A stretch of DNA of 64,000 nt from Flavobacteriaceae bacterium (lineage in GTDB: Bacteria > Bacteroidota > Bacteroidia > Flavobacteriales > Flavobacteriaceae): the NCBI GenBank assembly GCA_018608765.1, contig JABAYY010000034.1, positions 27,209 to 91,208 of the forward strand, given 5' to 3'. Below are positions 41,745 to 52,002 of the stretch, piece by piece. Position numbers and translations under genes: made by a program. The notes beneath the pieces are model-generated. The model was not told the origin of the DNA. It saw nothing but the letters and a program-made list of their open reading frames with translations, and searched no databases. Positions within the stretch are counted from its first letter, which is position 1; each line of letters opens with the position of its first letter.

Positions 41745-42731
41745 TTAGTCCTCATCAAAATTAGTGTTCTTTTTCTTCTTTTTTCTTTTGTCTGCATTTT
41801 GGGAGCGTGATTTTCGTTCGCCTTGTTCTTTTGCAGATGTCCCGTTATCCAGTCTGTTTTTATCTTTATGACGATCCAATCGGTAAGATGCTCCAAAATT
41901 TAAACTTAATACCGAAGGCGTATTTTTGGTGTTAAATGTAAGAGCCGTATCTAGTTGTAAGTTTTTATTTAGTAAATAGCCGCCACCAAATCGTAATAAA
42001 TTATCTGCATAAAATTCACTTTTTATTCCTTGAGTTTCTCCAAATACCACCCATTTTGGATTGAATGAATGTGTAAGGGTAATAATATATTGAAAATCTG
42101 TTTGGTCACTTCCAATACGATCCATCATAAAGTTGGTGATAAAGACCCATCCCCCGTAAAAATTATTCTGTGTAATAACCACACCTCGATAACTGAGACC
42201 TTCTAAAGTTGGTGCCGTGTAGGGGTTGTCTTTGGTATCATAATTTACTCCTGCTGCGACTGAAACGGCAGGAATCAAACTACTCCATTTGAAACCTCTG
42301 TTGGCGTGATAACTATATAAATTTGGTTTATCCTCTTTGTTTTTGTGGGGATCATACACCAAATATTTTGCACCAATGTTGAGGTTTTTAAAGTTTGCAC
42401 GACCATTTTCTACATCCACAATCGATGAATATGTTTGTGTGTCTTTTTGAAACGTTCCTTGAATGTTGAATTCTAGAGCTTCTTTCCAAAAACCATAATG
42501 AGCTGCAAAATCAACTCCGTATCCATCGACCTCATACTCTGGGTATAACGCTCGTTTTTCCTTAATCATATACGGTCCGACTTCAAATTGTAACACTTTG
42601 GTACCCACAGAAAAAGCGCTTTGAGAGGCACCTGGTCGGTTAGAGTTAATAACATCGGTATATTGTGCTTGCACCGTGCTAGACACAAAAAGAATCGCTG
42701 TAAACGTAATAAGGTTTGATAGAATTTTCAT
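41745..42731 (-). CDS. Outer-membrane 'transporter' (MetA-pathway/phenol-degradation barrel family)
   Basis: Signal peptide, NRPG.S.SA..VG...Q.E, beta-strand pattern, SYR near the barrel end. Confidence 0.65.
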   Translation of the reverse strand: MKILSNLITFTAILFVSSTVQAQYTDVINSNRPGASQSAFSVGTKVLQFEVGPYMIKEKRALYPEYEVDGYGVDFAAHYGFWKEALEFNIQGTFQKDTQTYSSIVDVENGRANFKNLNIGAKYLVYDPHKNKEDKPNLYSYHANRGFKWSSLIPAVSVAAGVNYDTKDNPYTAPTLEGLSYRGVVITQNNFYGGWVFITNFMMDRIGSDQTDFQYIITLTHSFNPKWVVFGETQGIKSEFYADNLLRFGGGYLLNKNLQLDTALTFNTKNTPSVLSLNFGASYRLDRHKDKNRLDNGTSAKEQGERKSRSQNADKRKKKKKNTNFDED

Positions 42732-42880
42732 TTAAAAAGACTTTTATCAAACCTACATATTTTTTTTATAATTTTTAATTGATTGCTCTCTTTTTTCTTG
42801 TGTATGCAATCATTTTATATAATAATTTAAGAAACGAGTAGGCTAAAATTATTATAAACTAAGGAATGATTAATAGTGAA

Positions 42881-42899
42881 CCTGTCTGCGGCAGGCAGG
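42881..42899. repeat. Short GC-rich REP-like palindrome
   Basis: CCTGTCTGC-G-GCAGGCAGG; core CTGCGGCAGG recurs at 13263-13272. Confidence 0.55.
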
Positions 42900-42981
42900 C
42901 AGCATGTGTCCTTAAAAAAACAATAGATATAGACACATGAAATAAAAATAAGAATTGTATTTTTGAAAAAATAATCTACCG

Positions 42982-43248
42982 ATGTTACAAACTGCGTCTT
43001 TTATTGGATTGCTAAAAACACTTCTTATTTTTGTTTTGGTTTATTCCATTTTCAAGTATTTGATGCGCCTATTTGCGCCATTTATAATGAAATCGATTGC
43101 CAAAAAAGCTGAAGCCCATTTTAGAAATCAATCGGCTCCAAAACCCCCAACCCAAAAAGAAGGGGAGATTAGTATTGATAAAATGCCAAATTCTAAATCT
43201 TCAAATAACAATGTTGGAGAATATGTCGATTATGAAGAAGTTGAATAA
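42982..43248 (+). CDS. DUF4834-like small membrane protein
   Basis: N-terminal TM helix, C-terminal GEYVDYEEV. Confidence 0.75.
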   Translation: MLQTASFIGLLKTLLIFVLVYSIFKYLMRLFAPFIMKSIAKKAEAHFRNQSAPKPPTQKEGEISIDKMPNSKSSNNNVGEYVDYEEVE

Positions 43249-43260
43249 ATAACAGAGAGT

Positions 43261-45669
43261 ATGAACCCGAGCTTAAAACAATTTGGCACCCATTTTTTAG
43301 TGATTTTAGGGTTTGTTCTAGTGGCTGTTTTATATTTTAACCCTGTCCTTAAGGGAGAAAAAATCTACCAAAGCGATATTGTTCAATATACAGGAATGGC
43401 CAAACAGCAAATCGATTTTCGAAAAGCTCACGATTCCGAATCCTATTGGACTAACAGTGCTTTTGGAGGTATGCCTACGTATCAACTTGGTGCTAAATAC
43501 CCACATAATTACATTAAAAAACTGGATTTAGCACTTCGTTTTTTACCGCGTCCAGCAGATTATCTTTTCTTATATTTATTAGGATTTTATATTTTATTAT
43601 TAGTTTTAAAAATTGACTATAAGGTTGCTGTTTTGGGAGCCCTCGCATTTGGGTTTTCTACCTATTTGATTATTATTTTAGGAGTAGGACATAATTCCAA
43701 AGCCCACGCCATTGCCTATATGCCTTTGGTGTTATCGGGGATTATTTTAACTTTTCAGAAGCGCTATTATTTAGGGTTTATACTAACTGCGGTTGCATCT
43801 GGATTAGAGCTTGTGACCAACCACCCTCAAATGACCTATTATTTAGGGTTTTTAATCATAATTTTAGGAATTACATATTTAGTTCAAGCTATCAAAACAA
43901 ACGAACTTCCGGCTTTTTTCAAAGCCTCAGCTACTCTTTTAGTCGCGGCTGTTTTAGCCTTTGGTATGAATGCTACTAATTTGATGGCTACCAGTGAATA
44001 TGCCAAAGAAAGTACACGGGGTAAAAGTGAGTTGACCATTAATTCGGATGGGAGTGTCAAAGAACAAACTACAGGTTTAGAAAGAGCTTATATCACACAA
44101 TTTAGTTATGGGATATTAGAAACATTTAATTTGTTCATCCCTCGATTTATGGGGGGTGGTAATAGAGAGGATTTAGGAAAAGATTCTGAGACTTATAAAG
44201 CTTACCGTGCTTTGGGAGCTACGCCTTTGCAAGCTCTTCAGGAATCAAAACAAGCACCCATGTATTGGGGCGATCAACCTATTGTAGAAGCCCCCGCTTA
44301 CATAGGAGCTGTTGTTATTTTTCTCTTTGTGTTGGCTTTGTTTCTATACCATGGCCGTTTCAAGTGGTGGCTAATTGCAGGTGTATCCATATCTTTACTT
44401 TTATCATACGGAAAAAATCTAGGACTTCTCACCGACTTTTTTATTGACTATGTTCCGCTCTACAATAAATTTAGAGCTGTGAGTTCTATTCAAGTCATTT
44501 TAGAACTGTGTGCCCCACTGTTAGCGACCTTAGGATTGGCTCAATTGTTTCATAAAAATCTTAGTTATGAAACGAAATTAAATGCCTTAAAAAAATCATT
44601 GGGTATAGTCGCTGGATTAACACTATTGTTTTTGGTTTTTAAGAACAGTTTATTTGATTTTGTTGGAATGAGTGATGGTCAATTTAAAGACTATTATGGA
44701 GCTTCCTTTGTAGACGCCTTGCGAATGGATCGTAGTACTATTTTCACAGAAGATACTGTGCGAACCTTATTGTTAGTTTTAGCAGTAGGAACTATTATTT
44801 TTGCCTATCTCAAACAAAAAATAGCTCAAAACACCACGATTCTTATTTTGGGTGTTTTCCTTGTTTTTGATTTGGTAGGAGTGGACCGTCGCTATGTTAA
44901 TAATGACGATTTTGTTTCAGCTCTCAAAGTAAGTCGTCCGTTTCAGGCTAGTGAAATTGATAATGAAATATTAAAAGATCCGTCAAATTTTAGAGTCTTT
45001 GATATGTCTGATAACTCTACTAAAGCGTCTTATTTTCATAACTCAATAGGAGGGTATCATGCTGCAAAGTTGAAACGTTTTAAAGCCTTACAAGAATTTC
45101 ATATTGATAAAAATAATTTTGAGGTTCTGAATATGCTCAATACTAAGTACATCATTTATCAAAATAAAGAAGGGGAAGTTTTATATTTTGAAAATGAAGA
45201 AGCAAATGGTAATGCTTGGTTTGTGGATGCAATTGAGACCTTTGAGTCCGCAGATGAAGAAATTTTAGCTTTAGATAAAACAGACACCAAAACAACTGCA
45301 ATAGCCAATGCTTCAGAATTGAAGACCAAACGTTTTGCAATTGATTCTACCGCTTCGATCCAATTAGTCGATTATAAACTCAATCATTTGGTTTATGAAA
45401 CCAAAAACTCCGAAGATGGCTTTGCAGTATTTTCTGAGACATATTATAAAAAGGGTTGGAACGCAACTATCGATGGCATGGCAGTGAATCATCACAATGT
45501 GAACTATGTCCTTCGTGGTTTAGAAATCCCTAAGGGCACACATACCGTGGTATTTTCATTTAACCCTTCGGTAGTGACAACAGGTTCAAATATTGCCTTG
45601 GGGAGTACTGTTTTATTGGTATTGCTAATTCTAGGTCAAGGAATTCTAATTTATAGAAAATCATCGTGA
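43261..45669 (+). CDS. YfhO-family (GT-C-like) membrane protein
   Basis: QSD, WTNSAFGGMP, many TM helices, GYHAAKL, FSE.YY..GW.A.IDG, NYVLRG. Confidence 0.85.
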   Translation: MNPSLKQFGTHFLVILGFVLVAVLYFNPVLKGEKIYQSDIVQYTGMAKQQIDFRKAHDSESYWTNSAFGGMPTYQLGAKYPHNYIKKLDLALRFLPRPADYLFLYLLGFYILLLVLKIDYKVAVLGALAFGFSTYLIIILGVGHNSKAHAIAYMPLVLSGIILTFQKRYYLGFILTAVASGLELVTNHPQMTYYLGFLIIILGITYLVQAIKTNELPAFFKASATLLVAAVLAFGMNATNLMATSEYAKESTRGKSELTINSDGSVKEQTTGLERAYITQFSYGILETFNLFIPRFMGGGNREDLGKDSETYKAYRALGATPLQALQESKQAPMYWGDQPIVEAPAYIGAVVIFLFVLALFLYHGRFKWWLIAGVSISLLLSYGKNLGLLTDFFIDYVPLYNKFRAVSSIQVILELCAPLLATLGLAQLFHKNLSYETKLNALKKSLGIVAGLTLLFLVFKNSLFDFVGMSDGQFKDYYGASFVDALRMDRSTIFTEDTVRTLLLVLAVGTIIFAYLKQKIAQNTTILILGVFLVFDLVGVDRRYVNNDDFVSALKVSRPFQASEIDNEILKDPSNFRVFDMSDNSTKASYFHNSIGGYHAAKLKRFKALQEFHIDKNNFEVLNMLNTKYIIYQNKEGEVLYFENEEANGNAWFVDAIETFESADEEILALDKTDTKTTAIANASELKTKRFAIDSTASIQLVDYKLNHLVYETKNSEDGFAVFSETYYKKGWNATIDGMAVNHHNVNYVLRGLEIPKGTHTVVFSFNPSVVTTGSNIALGSTVLLVLLILGQGILIYRKSS

Positions 45670-46946
45670 AAAAGGTTCTCATCATAACGTATTATTGGCC
45701 ACCTGCTGGAGGACCGGGTGTTCAACGTTGGTTGAAGTTCGTGAAATACTTGCCTGATTTCAAAATTGAACCTATTGTCTATTGTCCAGATAATCCCAAC
45801 TATCCTATTATTGATAGTTCGTTAGTATCTGATGTAAGTTCTGATTTAACAGTTTTAAAAACGCCTATTCGTGAACCCTATAAGTGGGCACAATTGTTTT
45901 CTAAATCCAAAACATCAAACCTTTCTAAAGGGCTTATTTCAGATCATAAAAAACAATCAATTTTAGAAAAATTACTCCTTTTTATTAGAGGTAATTTTTT
46001 TATTCCTGATGCGCGTACCTCATGGGTGCGTCCCTCGGTTTCTTTTTTGTCAGACTATATTACAACGCATCAAATTGATACGATTATTACTACCGGTCCA
46101 CCTCATAGTTTACATCTGATTGGATTGCAATTAAAACAAAAACATGCGCTAAAATGGGTAGCTGATTTTAGAGATCCTTGGACGCAAATAGGCTATCATA
46201 AAAAATTAAAACTTAGTTCTTTTGCCCAAAAAAAACATAAAAAATTAGAAGCTTCTGTGCTTCAAACGGCTGATGAACTATTGGTGACGAGCCATAAAAC
46301 GAAAACACTATTTTTAGAATTAACAAACACACCAATTTCAGTCCTTACAAACGGGTTTGATTTTGAAATCAACGACAAAATTATCTTAGATTCTAAGTTT
46401 ACATTATCTCATATTGGATCTTTACTTGAAGGCCGTAATCCCTCAATTTTATGGACCGTTTTATCGGACTTGATAAAAGAGTCTGAAGATTTTGCTGCAG
46501 CCTTTCAATTGAATTTAATTGGGTCTGTAAGCAAAGAAGTTATGGGTGCAATTTGTAGTTTTGGTTTGGAAAGCTACGTTTGTAATACGGGTTATATTCC
46601 CCACAGCGATGTTTTAGAGTCTCAGAAAAAGACGCAATTACTATTGCTTATCGAAGAAGATTCTAAAGAAACAGAATACATTATTCCAGGCAAATTATTT
46701 GAGTATATGGCGTCTAAACGTCCCATAATAGCCATTGGTCCTCAGGCTTCTGATATAGAAAAAATATTAAACCAAACACAGGCTGGAACTTATTTTAGAT
46801 ATGATGAAGGAGCGGCACTTCGCACACTTTTGTTGCAGCATTTTGAAGCTTATAAACTCCAGAAATTAAATGTAGATTCAATAGGATTAGAAGCCTACAG
46901 TCGTAAATCATTGACTCAACAATTAGCTCAAAAACTTTTAAATTAA
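45666..46946 (+). CDS. Glycosyltransferase family 4
   Basis: ITYYWPP.GG.GVQRW, DFRDPW, PGKLFEY. Confidence 0.88.
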   Translation: MKKVLIITYYWPPAGGPGVQRWLKFVKYLPDFKIEPIVYCPDNPNYPIIDSSLVSDVSSDLTVLKTPIREPYKWAQLFSKSKTSNLSKGLISDHKKQSILEKLLLFIRGNFFIPDARTSWVRPSVSFLSDYITTHQIDTIITTGPPHSLHLIGLQLKQKHALKWVADFRDPWTQIGYHKKLKLSSFAQKKHKKLEASVLQTADELLVTSHKTKTLFLELTNTPISVLTNGFDFEINDKIILDSKFTLSHIGSLLEGRNPSILWTVLSDLIKESEDFAAAFQLNLIGSVSKEVMGAICSFGLESYVCNTGYIPHSDVLESQKKTQLLLLIEEDSKETEYIIPGKLFEYMASKRPIIAIGPQASDIEKILNQTQAGTYFRYDEGAALRTLLLQHFEAYKLQKLNVDSIGLEAYSRKSLTQQLAQKLLN

Positions 46947-46947
46947 A

Positions 46948-46988
46948 AAAACTCCGTAGTGATGTGGGATATTCAACTACGGAGTTTT
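46948..46988. terminator. Probable bidirectional terminator
   Basis: AAAACTCCGTAGT ... ACTACGGAGTTTT inverted repeat between convergent genes. Confidence 0.75.
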
Positions 46989-47003
46989 CAACTAACTAAA
47001 TTA

Positions 47004-47903
47004 TTATTTTCGTCTTCTTACGGATGTTTTCTTTGCACTAACTCTAGAAGTTGTTTGTGCAAGTGCTCTTGAATTTCTCGTAACCGGTTTGTTGCGTTTT
47101 ATTTGATTAGAAGTATTCCTTTGTACACTCTGGTTAGAATTAGTAACTCTATTATTAGATCGATTTGTTGTAGCTCTAGTTGTTTGACGGTTCTCAGAAC
47201 GCGTTGTGTTGTGTGTCGACCTTCTAGTAGCTCGCCTTGTTTTATAGCGATCACTGTGATTCGATCGCGTGTTTGCCACTCTGTTTTGAGCCTGTCGATT
47301 TCTGTATACAATAGGGCGTCTGTTGTTTCTGTACGGTCTTTCGTAATGGTATCTAATTGGTGTGTAATTTCTTCTGTATGGCGTCTTAAAAAGCACACAA
47401 TACTGAACATTTGGAACACTATAATATGAATACCAGGCACTAGGTGTATAGTATCGATGTTGGCGATTCACATAGCCATTACAGCGTGAGTTGTTATAGC
47501 GATCATAGTTAATTTGCATGTTACCAATCCAAGCCACACGACCTCTGTAGTCATATCTTACATGAACACTTCCTGCTTGGCTGATACGTCCATAATAATC
47601 ATAAAAAACAGGGGTATTTTCAATTTGAATGACCGCACCATAATTATCATACTGAACATACGCACTATAATTATAGCCAGAATTGAAACTGATATTTATC
47701 CCGTTGTGATTTGATAATTGAATAAAATTTTGTCGCTGCCTGAGCACATTAAAATCAAATTGCCCATCGTTAAAAACAGCAAATTCAATCCCTTGTTCAT
47801 TAAATACAAAAGAATTACTAGTTCTCGAATGGTTAGAATCTACAGATGCAGATACAGTTCCAAATAGGGTTAAAATGACGAGTGTTAAAAATAATTTTCT
47901 CAT
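47004..47903 (-). CDS. Secreted hypothetical protein with an Arg/Asn/Thr-rich basic tail
   Basis: Start MRKLFL at 47903 with signal peptide; F.E.GIEFAVF.DGQFDF; YD.YG repeats. Confidence 0.7.
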   Translation of the reverse strand: MRKLFLTLVILTLFGTVSASVDSNHSRTSNSFVFNEQGIEFAVFNDGQFDFNVLRQRQNFIQLSNHNGINISFNSGYNYSAYVQYDNYGAVIQIENTPVFYDYYGRISQAGSVHVRYDYRGRVAWIGNMQINYDRYNNSRCNGYVNRQHRYYTPSAWYSYYSVPNVQYCVLFKTPYRRNYTPIRYHYERPYRNNRRPIVYRNRQAQNRVANTRSNHSDRYKTRRATRRSTHNTTRSENRQTTRATTNRSNNRVTNSNQSVQRNTSNQIKRNKPVTRNSRALAQTTSRVSAKKTSVRRRK

Positions 47904-48016
47904 AATACAGCGTTTTAAAAAAGTTAAACTTAATTCTGTATTACCAAACAGCATGCCAAGAATTGTAGCTGTAGTTTAGTTGACTGATGGTCAGTTATAT
48001 AAATTTTAAAATGAAA

Positions 48017-50806
48017 TTAACTTAATTTCGTTTTAAGGAATTCCGCTGTAGAAGATTTTTTTGATTTAGCAATAAATTCAGGAGTGCCTTCAGCTAATAA
48101 ATAGCCTCCGTTAGCTCCACCTTCAGGCCCCAAATCAATTACATGATCGGCACATTTAATAAGGTCTAAATTATGCTCAACGACCAAAACAGAATGCCCT
48201 TTATCTATCAAGGCATTAAAGGATTTGAGTAGTTTTTTAATATCATGAAAATGAAGTCCGGTTGTTGGCTCATCAAAAATAAACAAACCTGTTTCTGCTT
48301 TGGACCCTTTTCCTAAAAAGGAAGCCAACTTAATACGTTGCGCTTCACCACCCGAAAGTGTCGAAGAACTTTGTCCAAGCGTCACATAACCCAGTCCAAC
48401 ATCCTGAAGAGGCTGTAGTTTTGTTTTGATTTTAGTCACGTTGTGAGTGTCAAAAAATGCAATTGCATCATCGATGGTCATGTTTAAAATAGCATCAATT
48501 GTTTTGTTGTGAAACTTAATTTCCAACACTTGTTTTTTAAAGCGTTTTCCATCACAGTCATCACAAAGCAATTGTACGTCTGCCATAAATTGCATTTCAA
48601 TAGTGACAGTTCCTTCGCCTTTACAAGTATCACAACGCCCTCCATCAACATTAAATGAAAAATGTTTTGGTTGGTAATTTCTTAAAATGCTTAGCTTTTG
48701 TTTTGCGAATAAAGCTCTAATATCGTCATAGGCTTTGATGTAGGTCACAGGGTTGGAACGTGAAGAACGTCCAATTGGGTTTTGATCCACAAATTCGATA
48801 AACTTAACGGTACTATAATTACCCTCCATGCTTGTAAATTCGCCCGCCTTTTCGCCATAGCCTCCTATAGATTTAAGCAACGCTGGATATACAATTCGTT
48901 TGACAAGAGTACTTTTACCACTTCCAGAAACACCTGTCACAACCGTGAGCATGTTTAATGGAAAGGTGACATCAATATTTTTTAAATTATGTTCTCGTGC
49001 CCCTTTAATAGTCACACTGTATTTTGACGTCCTCCGTTTTTTAGGAACTTCGATTTCTAGAGATCCATTGAGGTACTGCGCCGTTAAAGTATTACTTTTT
49101 AAAAGCGATTTGAAAGTCCCACTTGCCATCACTTCGCCACCAAAGGAACCTGCTTCGGGTCCAATATCGATGACATAATCGGCGGCCGCCATAATGGCTT
49201 CGTCGTGTTCTACGACGATCACTATATTGCCTAAATCTCGCAAAGCGTTCAATACATTAATAAGGCGTTCGGTATCTTTAGAATGGAGTCCAATACTTGG
49301 TTCATCCAAAATATACATAGACCCCACAAGGCTACTTCCTAGAGAAGTTGCCAGATTGATACGCTGACTTTCACCACCAGACAAGGTATTTGACTTTCTG
49401 TTTAAGGTCAAATAATCCAGTCCAACATTGGACAAAAATTCCAAGCGGTTGTTAATTTCTTTGAGTAGTCGTTTGGCGATTTCTTGTTCTTTAGTATCTA
49501 GCTTTAAGGTTTTGAAAAATTCCCTTAAATCTTTGAGTGATAATTCAACCAAATCGGTAATGGAGGCACCTCCAACTTTTACAAAATTAGCTTCGGGACG
49601 CAAGCGTTTTCCTTGACAACTTCCACATTTTGTTTTTCCGCGATAGCGCGAAAGCATCACACGGTTTTGAACTTTATAGGCTTTGGATTCCAATTCTTCA
49701 AAAAAGGCATTGAGTCCTTTAAAATGAGAATTTCCTTTCCATAATAATTTTTGGTGTTTGGCTTCTAGTTCAAAGTAAGGTTTATGAATTGGGAAGTCAA
49801 ATTTATGACTGTTATTCACCAGTTGATCTCTGTAATATTTCATACTTTCCCCACGCCATGGAAATACTGCATTTTCATAAATTGAAAGCGAGGTGTTTGG
49901 AACCACAAGGCTCTTATCGATGCCAATAACATCGCCATACCCTTCACATGTTGGACAGGCGCCATAAGGGTTGTTAAAACTGAACAAATGCGTGTTGGGT
50001 TCTAAAAATTTTTGACCATCGAGTTCAAATGAATTGCTAAATTCTCGCGATTCAGAAGTTTCCATTTTCTCAATTTGACAACGTCCTTTTCCCTCAAAAA
50101 ACGCCATTTCAATCGCATCGGCTAATCGGTTATAAAAGTCCTCTTCGTCTTTTACAATAATTCGATCGACTACCAGACTGATTGTTTTTGGTAGTTTTTT
50201 AAAATCTTCAATTTGTTCAATACGCTCTACAGTATCCCCAATCTTAACTCGTGCAAATCCTTGGTGTTGAAGTGCTTGTAGTTTGTTTTCTAATGTCCTG
50301 CCTTCTTCCAAATGAATGGGGGCAAGGAGCAGTAATTTATCGCCTGTCTCAAGCGTTTTAATATAATTGACTACATCGGTAGTGGTGTCTTTTCTTACTA
50401 CATTATTGGAAGTAGGGGAATAGGTTTTGCCAATACGCGCAAAGACTAATTTTAAATAATCATAAATTTCGGTGGTAGTTCCTACTGTGGAGCGAGGATT
50501 GGTAGAATTCACCTTTTGCTCAATGGCAATGGCTGGTGCAATGCCTTTAATATAATCGACGTTTGGTTTGTTGAGACGCCCCAAAAACTGCCGAGCATAA
50601 CTCGATAAACTTTCCACATACCGTCGTTGCCCTTCAGCATACAAAGTATCAAATGCCAAACTTGATTTTCCCGATCCAGAAAGTCCAGTAATGACAACCA
50701 ATTTGTGGCGAGGAATTGCAATATCTATATTCTTTAGATTGTGCAATTTTGCACCCTTAATTAGAATGTGCTCTTTTGGACTTAATTTTGAAAGGTCTAG
50801 TGGCAT
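48017..50806 (-). CDS. uvrA: Excinuclease ABC subunit A
   Basis: Two ABC modules (GLSGSGKSS, LSGGE.QR, GVSGSGKST), CxxC zinc fingers. Confidence 0.95.
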   Translation of the reverse strand: MPLDLSKLSPKEHILIKGAKLHNLKNIDIAIPRHKLVVITGLSGSGKSSLAFDTLYAEGQRRYVESLSSYARQFLGRLNKPNVDYIKGIAPAIAIEQKVNSTNPRSTVGTTTEIYDYLKLVFARIGKTYSPTSNNVVRKDTTTDVVNYIKTLETGDKLLLLAPIHLEEGRTLENKLQALQHQGFARVKIGDTVERIEQIEDFKKLPKTISLVVDRIIVKDEEDFYNRLADAIEMAFFEGKGRCQIEKMETSESREFSNSFELDGQKFLEPNTHLFSFNNPYGACPTCEGYGDVIGIDKSLVVPNTSLSIYENAVFPWRGESMKYYRDQLVNNSHKFDFPIHKPYFELEAKHQKLLWKGNSHFKGLNAFFEELESKAYKVQNRVMLSRYRGKTKCGSCQGKRLRPEANFVKVGGASITDLVELSLKDLREFFKTLKLDTKEQEIAKRLLKEINNRLEFLSNVGLDYLTLNRKSNTLSGGESQRINLATSLGSSLVGSMYILDEPSIGLHSKDTERLINVLNALRDLGNIVIVVEHDEAIMAAADYVIDIGPEAGSFGGEVMASGTFKSLLKSNTLTAQYLNGSLEIEVPKKRRTSKYSVTIKGAREHNLKNIDVTFPLNMLTVVTGVSGSGKSTLVKRIVYPALLKSIGGYGEKAGEFTSMEGNYSTVKFIEFVDQNPIGRSSRSNPVTYIKAYDDIRALFAKQKLSILRNYQPKHFSFNVDGGRCDTCKGEGTVTIEMQFMADVQLLCDDCDGKRFKKQVLEIKFHNKTIDAILNMTIDDAIAFFDTHNVTKIKTKLQPLQDVGLGYVTLGQSSSTLSGGEAQRIKLASFLGKGSKAETGLFIFDEPTTGLHFHDIKKLLKSFNALIDKGHSVLVVEHNLDLIKCADHVIDLGPEGGANGGYLLAEGTPEFIAKSKKSSTAEFLKTKLS

Positions 50807-51028
50807 TTAGTGCTTTAAAATTTTGTTTGCAAAGATACCATTATTATAAAAAACATTAAAGCCAACTTAGCTCTTCTTGGTGTTAAAAACGAAAATAAAT
50901 TTGTTAAATTAAATAGTTTGTTGTTATTTTGATGTAATAACTACTAAAAACACGCTTATAGAATAATATTACTTTTTATATTTTTCAAACCCAGTACACC
51001 CAAATTGTGTGCGATTAAAAGTAATATT

Positions 51029-51613
51029 ATGAATTCTAAATCTATTAGCGATGCCATTCTCGTAAGTCAATATATTCAAGGAGATGAACCCTCTTTATCT
51101 ATGCTCATCAAACGCCACCAACAACGGTTGTATAGTTTTATATACTCCAAAGTTTATGACCGAGATGTGACTGAAGATGTTTTTCAGGATACCTTTATTA
51201 AAGTCATTCGAACGCTGAAACGCGGCAATTACAATGAAGAAGGTAAATTCTTACCTTGGGTGATGCGCATTGCTCACAATTTAGTAATCGATCATTTTAG
51301 AAAAAATAACCGCATGCCTAAATTTAATAACAGCGGAGATTTTGATATATTCTCGGTGCTCAGTGACGGTGCTTTAAATGCTGAAGGTGAATTGGTGAAA
51401 TCTCAAATTGTTCAGGATATCAGAGCGTTGGTAGAAGAGTTGCCAGAAGAACAAAAATCAGTTCTTGTGATGCGTATGTACAACGATATGAGTTTCAAGG
51501 AAATTTCTGAAAATACGGGGGTGAGTATCAATACGGCTTTGGGACGGATGCGTTATGCCTTGATCAATCTTCGTAAACTAATTGAAAAACACAATATTGT
51601 TTTGACAAATTAA
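51029..51613 (+). CDS. ECF (sigma-70 group 4) RNA polymerase sigma factor
   Basis: EDVFQDTFIK, W..RIAHNL.IDHFRK, LP..Q, SFKEIS...GVSINT...RMRYA; probable ATG at 51029. Confidence 0.92.
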   Translation: MNSKSISDAILVSQYIQGDEPSLSMLIKRHQQRLYSFIYSKVYDRDVTEDVFQDTFIKVIRTLKRGNYNEEGKFLPWVMRIAHNLVIDHFRKNNRMPKFNNSGDFDIFSVLSDGALNAEGELVKSQIVQDIRALVEELPEEQKSVLVMRMYNDMSFKEISENTGVSINTALGRMRYALINLRKLIEKHNIVLTN

Positions 51614-51678
51614 ATGCTTGATAAAATAAATTAAATTTTCTGTCGTTGTAATAATAACTAACTAACAATGACAGGCTA

Positions 51679-51822
51679 ATGGCAAAAATTTACACTGAAA
51701 AACCCCTTAATTCTAATACCTTTAATCCTAAAACTGAAACCATAAATTTCCTTCTGAATTATTCAAAAGCGCTAAAAGTTTCTGTTTATAAGGGACTCAA
51801 ATTTGAATCTCTGATTAATTAG
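51679..51822 (+). CDS. 47-aa small protein downstream of the ECF sigma factor
   Basis: Manual translation MAKIYTEKPLNSNTFNPKTETINFLLNYSKALKVSVYKGLKFESLIN*; followed directly by a terminator; below the ORF-track cutoff. Confidence 0.65.
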   Translation: MAKIYTEKPLNSNTFNPKTETINFLLNYSKALKVSVYKGLKFESLIN

Positions 51823-51839
51823 AATGAAATCTTATAAAT

Positions 51840-51865
51840 CCCAACAGCAGTTGGGTTTTTTTTTT
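51840..51865 (+). terminator. Intrinsic terminator of the sigma/small-ORF unit
   Basis: CCCAAC-AGCA-GTTGGG followed by a 10-T run. Confidence 0.85.
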
Positions 51866-51870
51866 ATTAT

Positions 51871-52002
51871 ACACAACGGTCTAGTGTATGAGTAGTAGCG
51901 GATTTCTAATCATAAACCTTTCGGTTCTGCACTGACCTTTGTTTTATGTTTATACTTTTGTTTTATCACTTTAACCGCAATTACTTATACACCATGTTAT
52001 AT
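51871..52002 (-). repeat. Complete attC-like site (132 bp) after cassette C2
   Basis: + ACACAAC-ggtcta-GTGTATGAGTAGTAGCGG (51884-51901) pairs with CCGCAATTACTTATACAC (51975-51992)-cat-GTTATAT; 15/18 Watson-Crick plus two G:T. Confidence 0.8.

Noticed and set aside
47004-47330. Arg-rich low-complexity tail and overlapping ORFs
   Set aside because: Compositional bias explains the overlapping open frames; no discrete DNA repeat unit.
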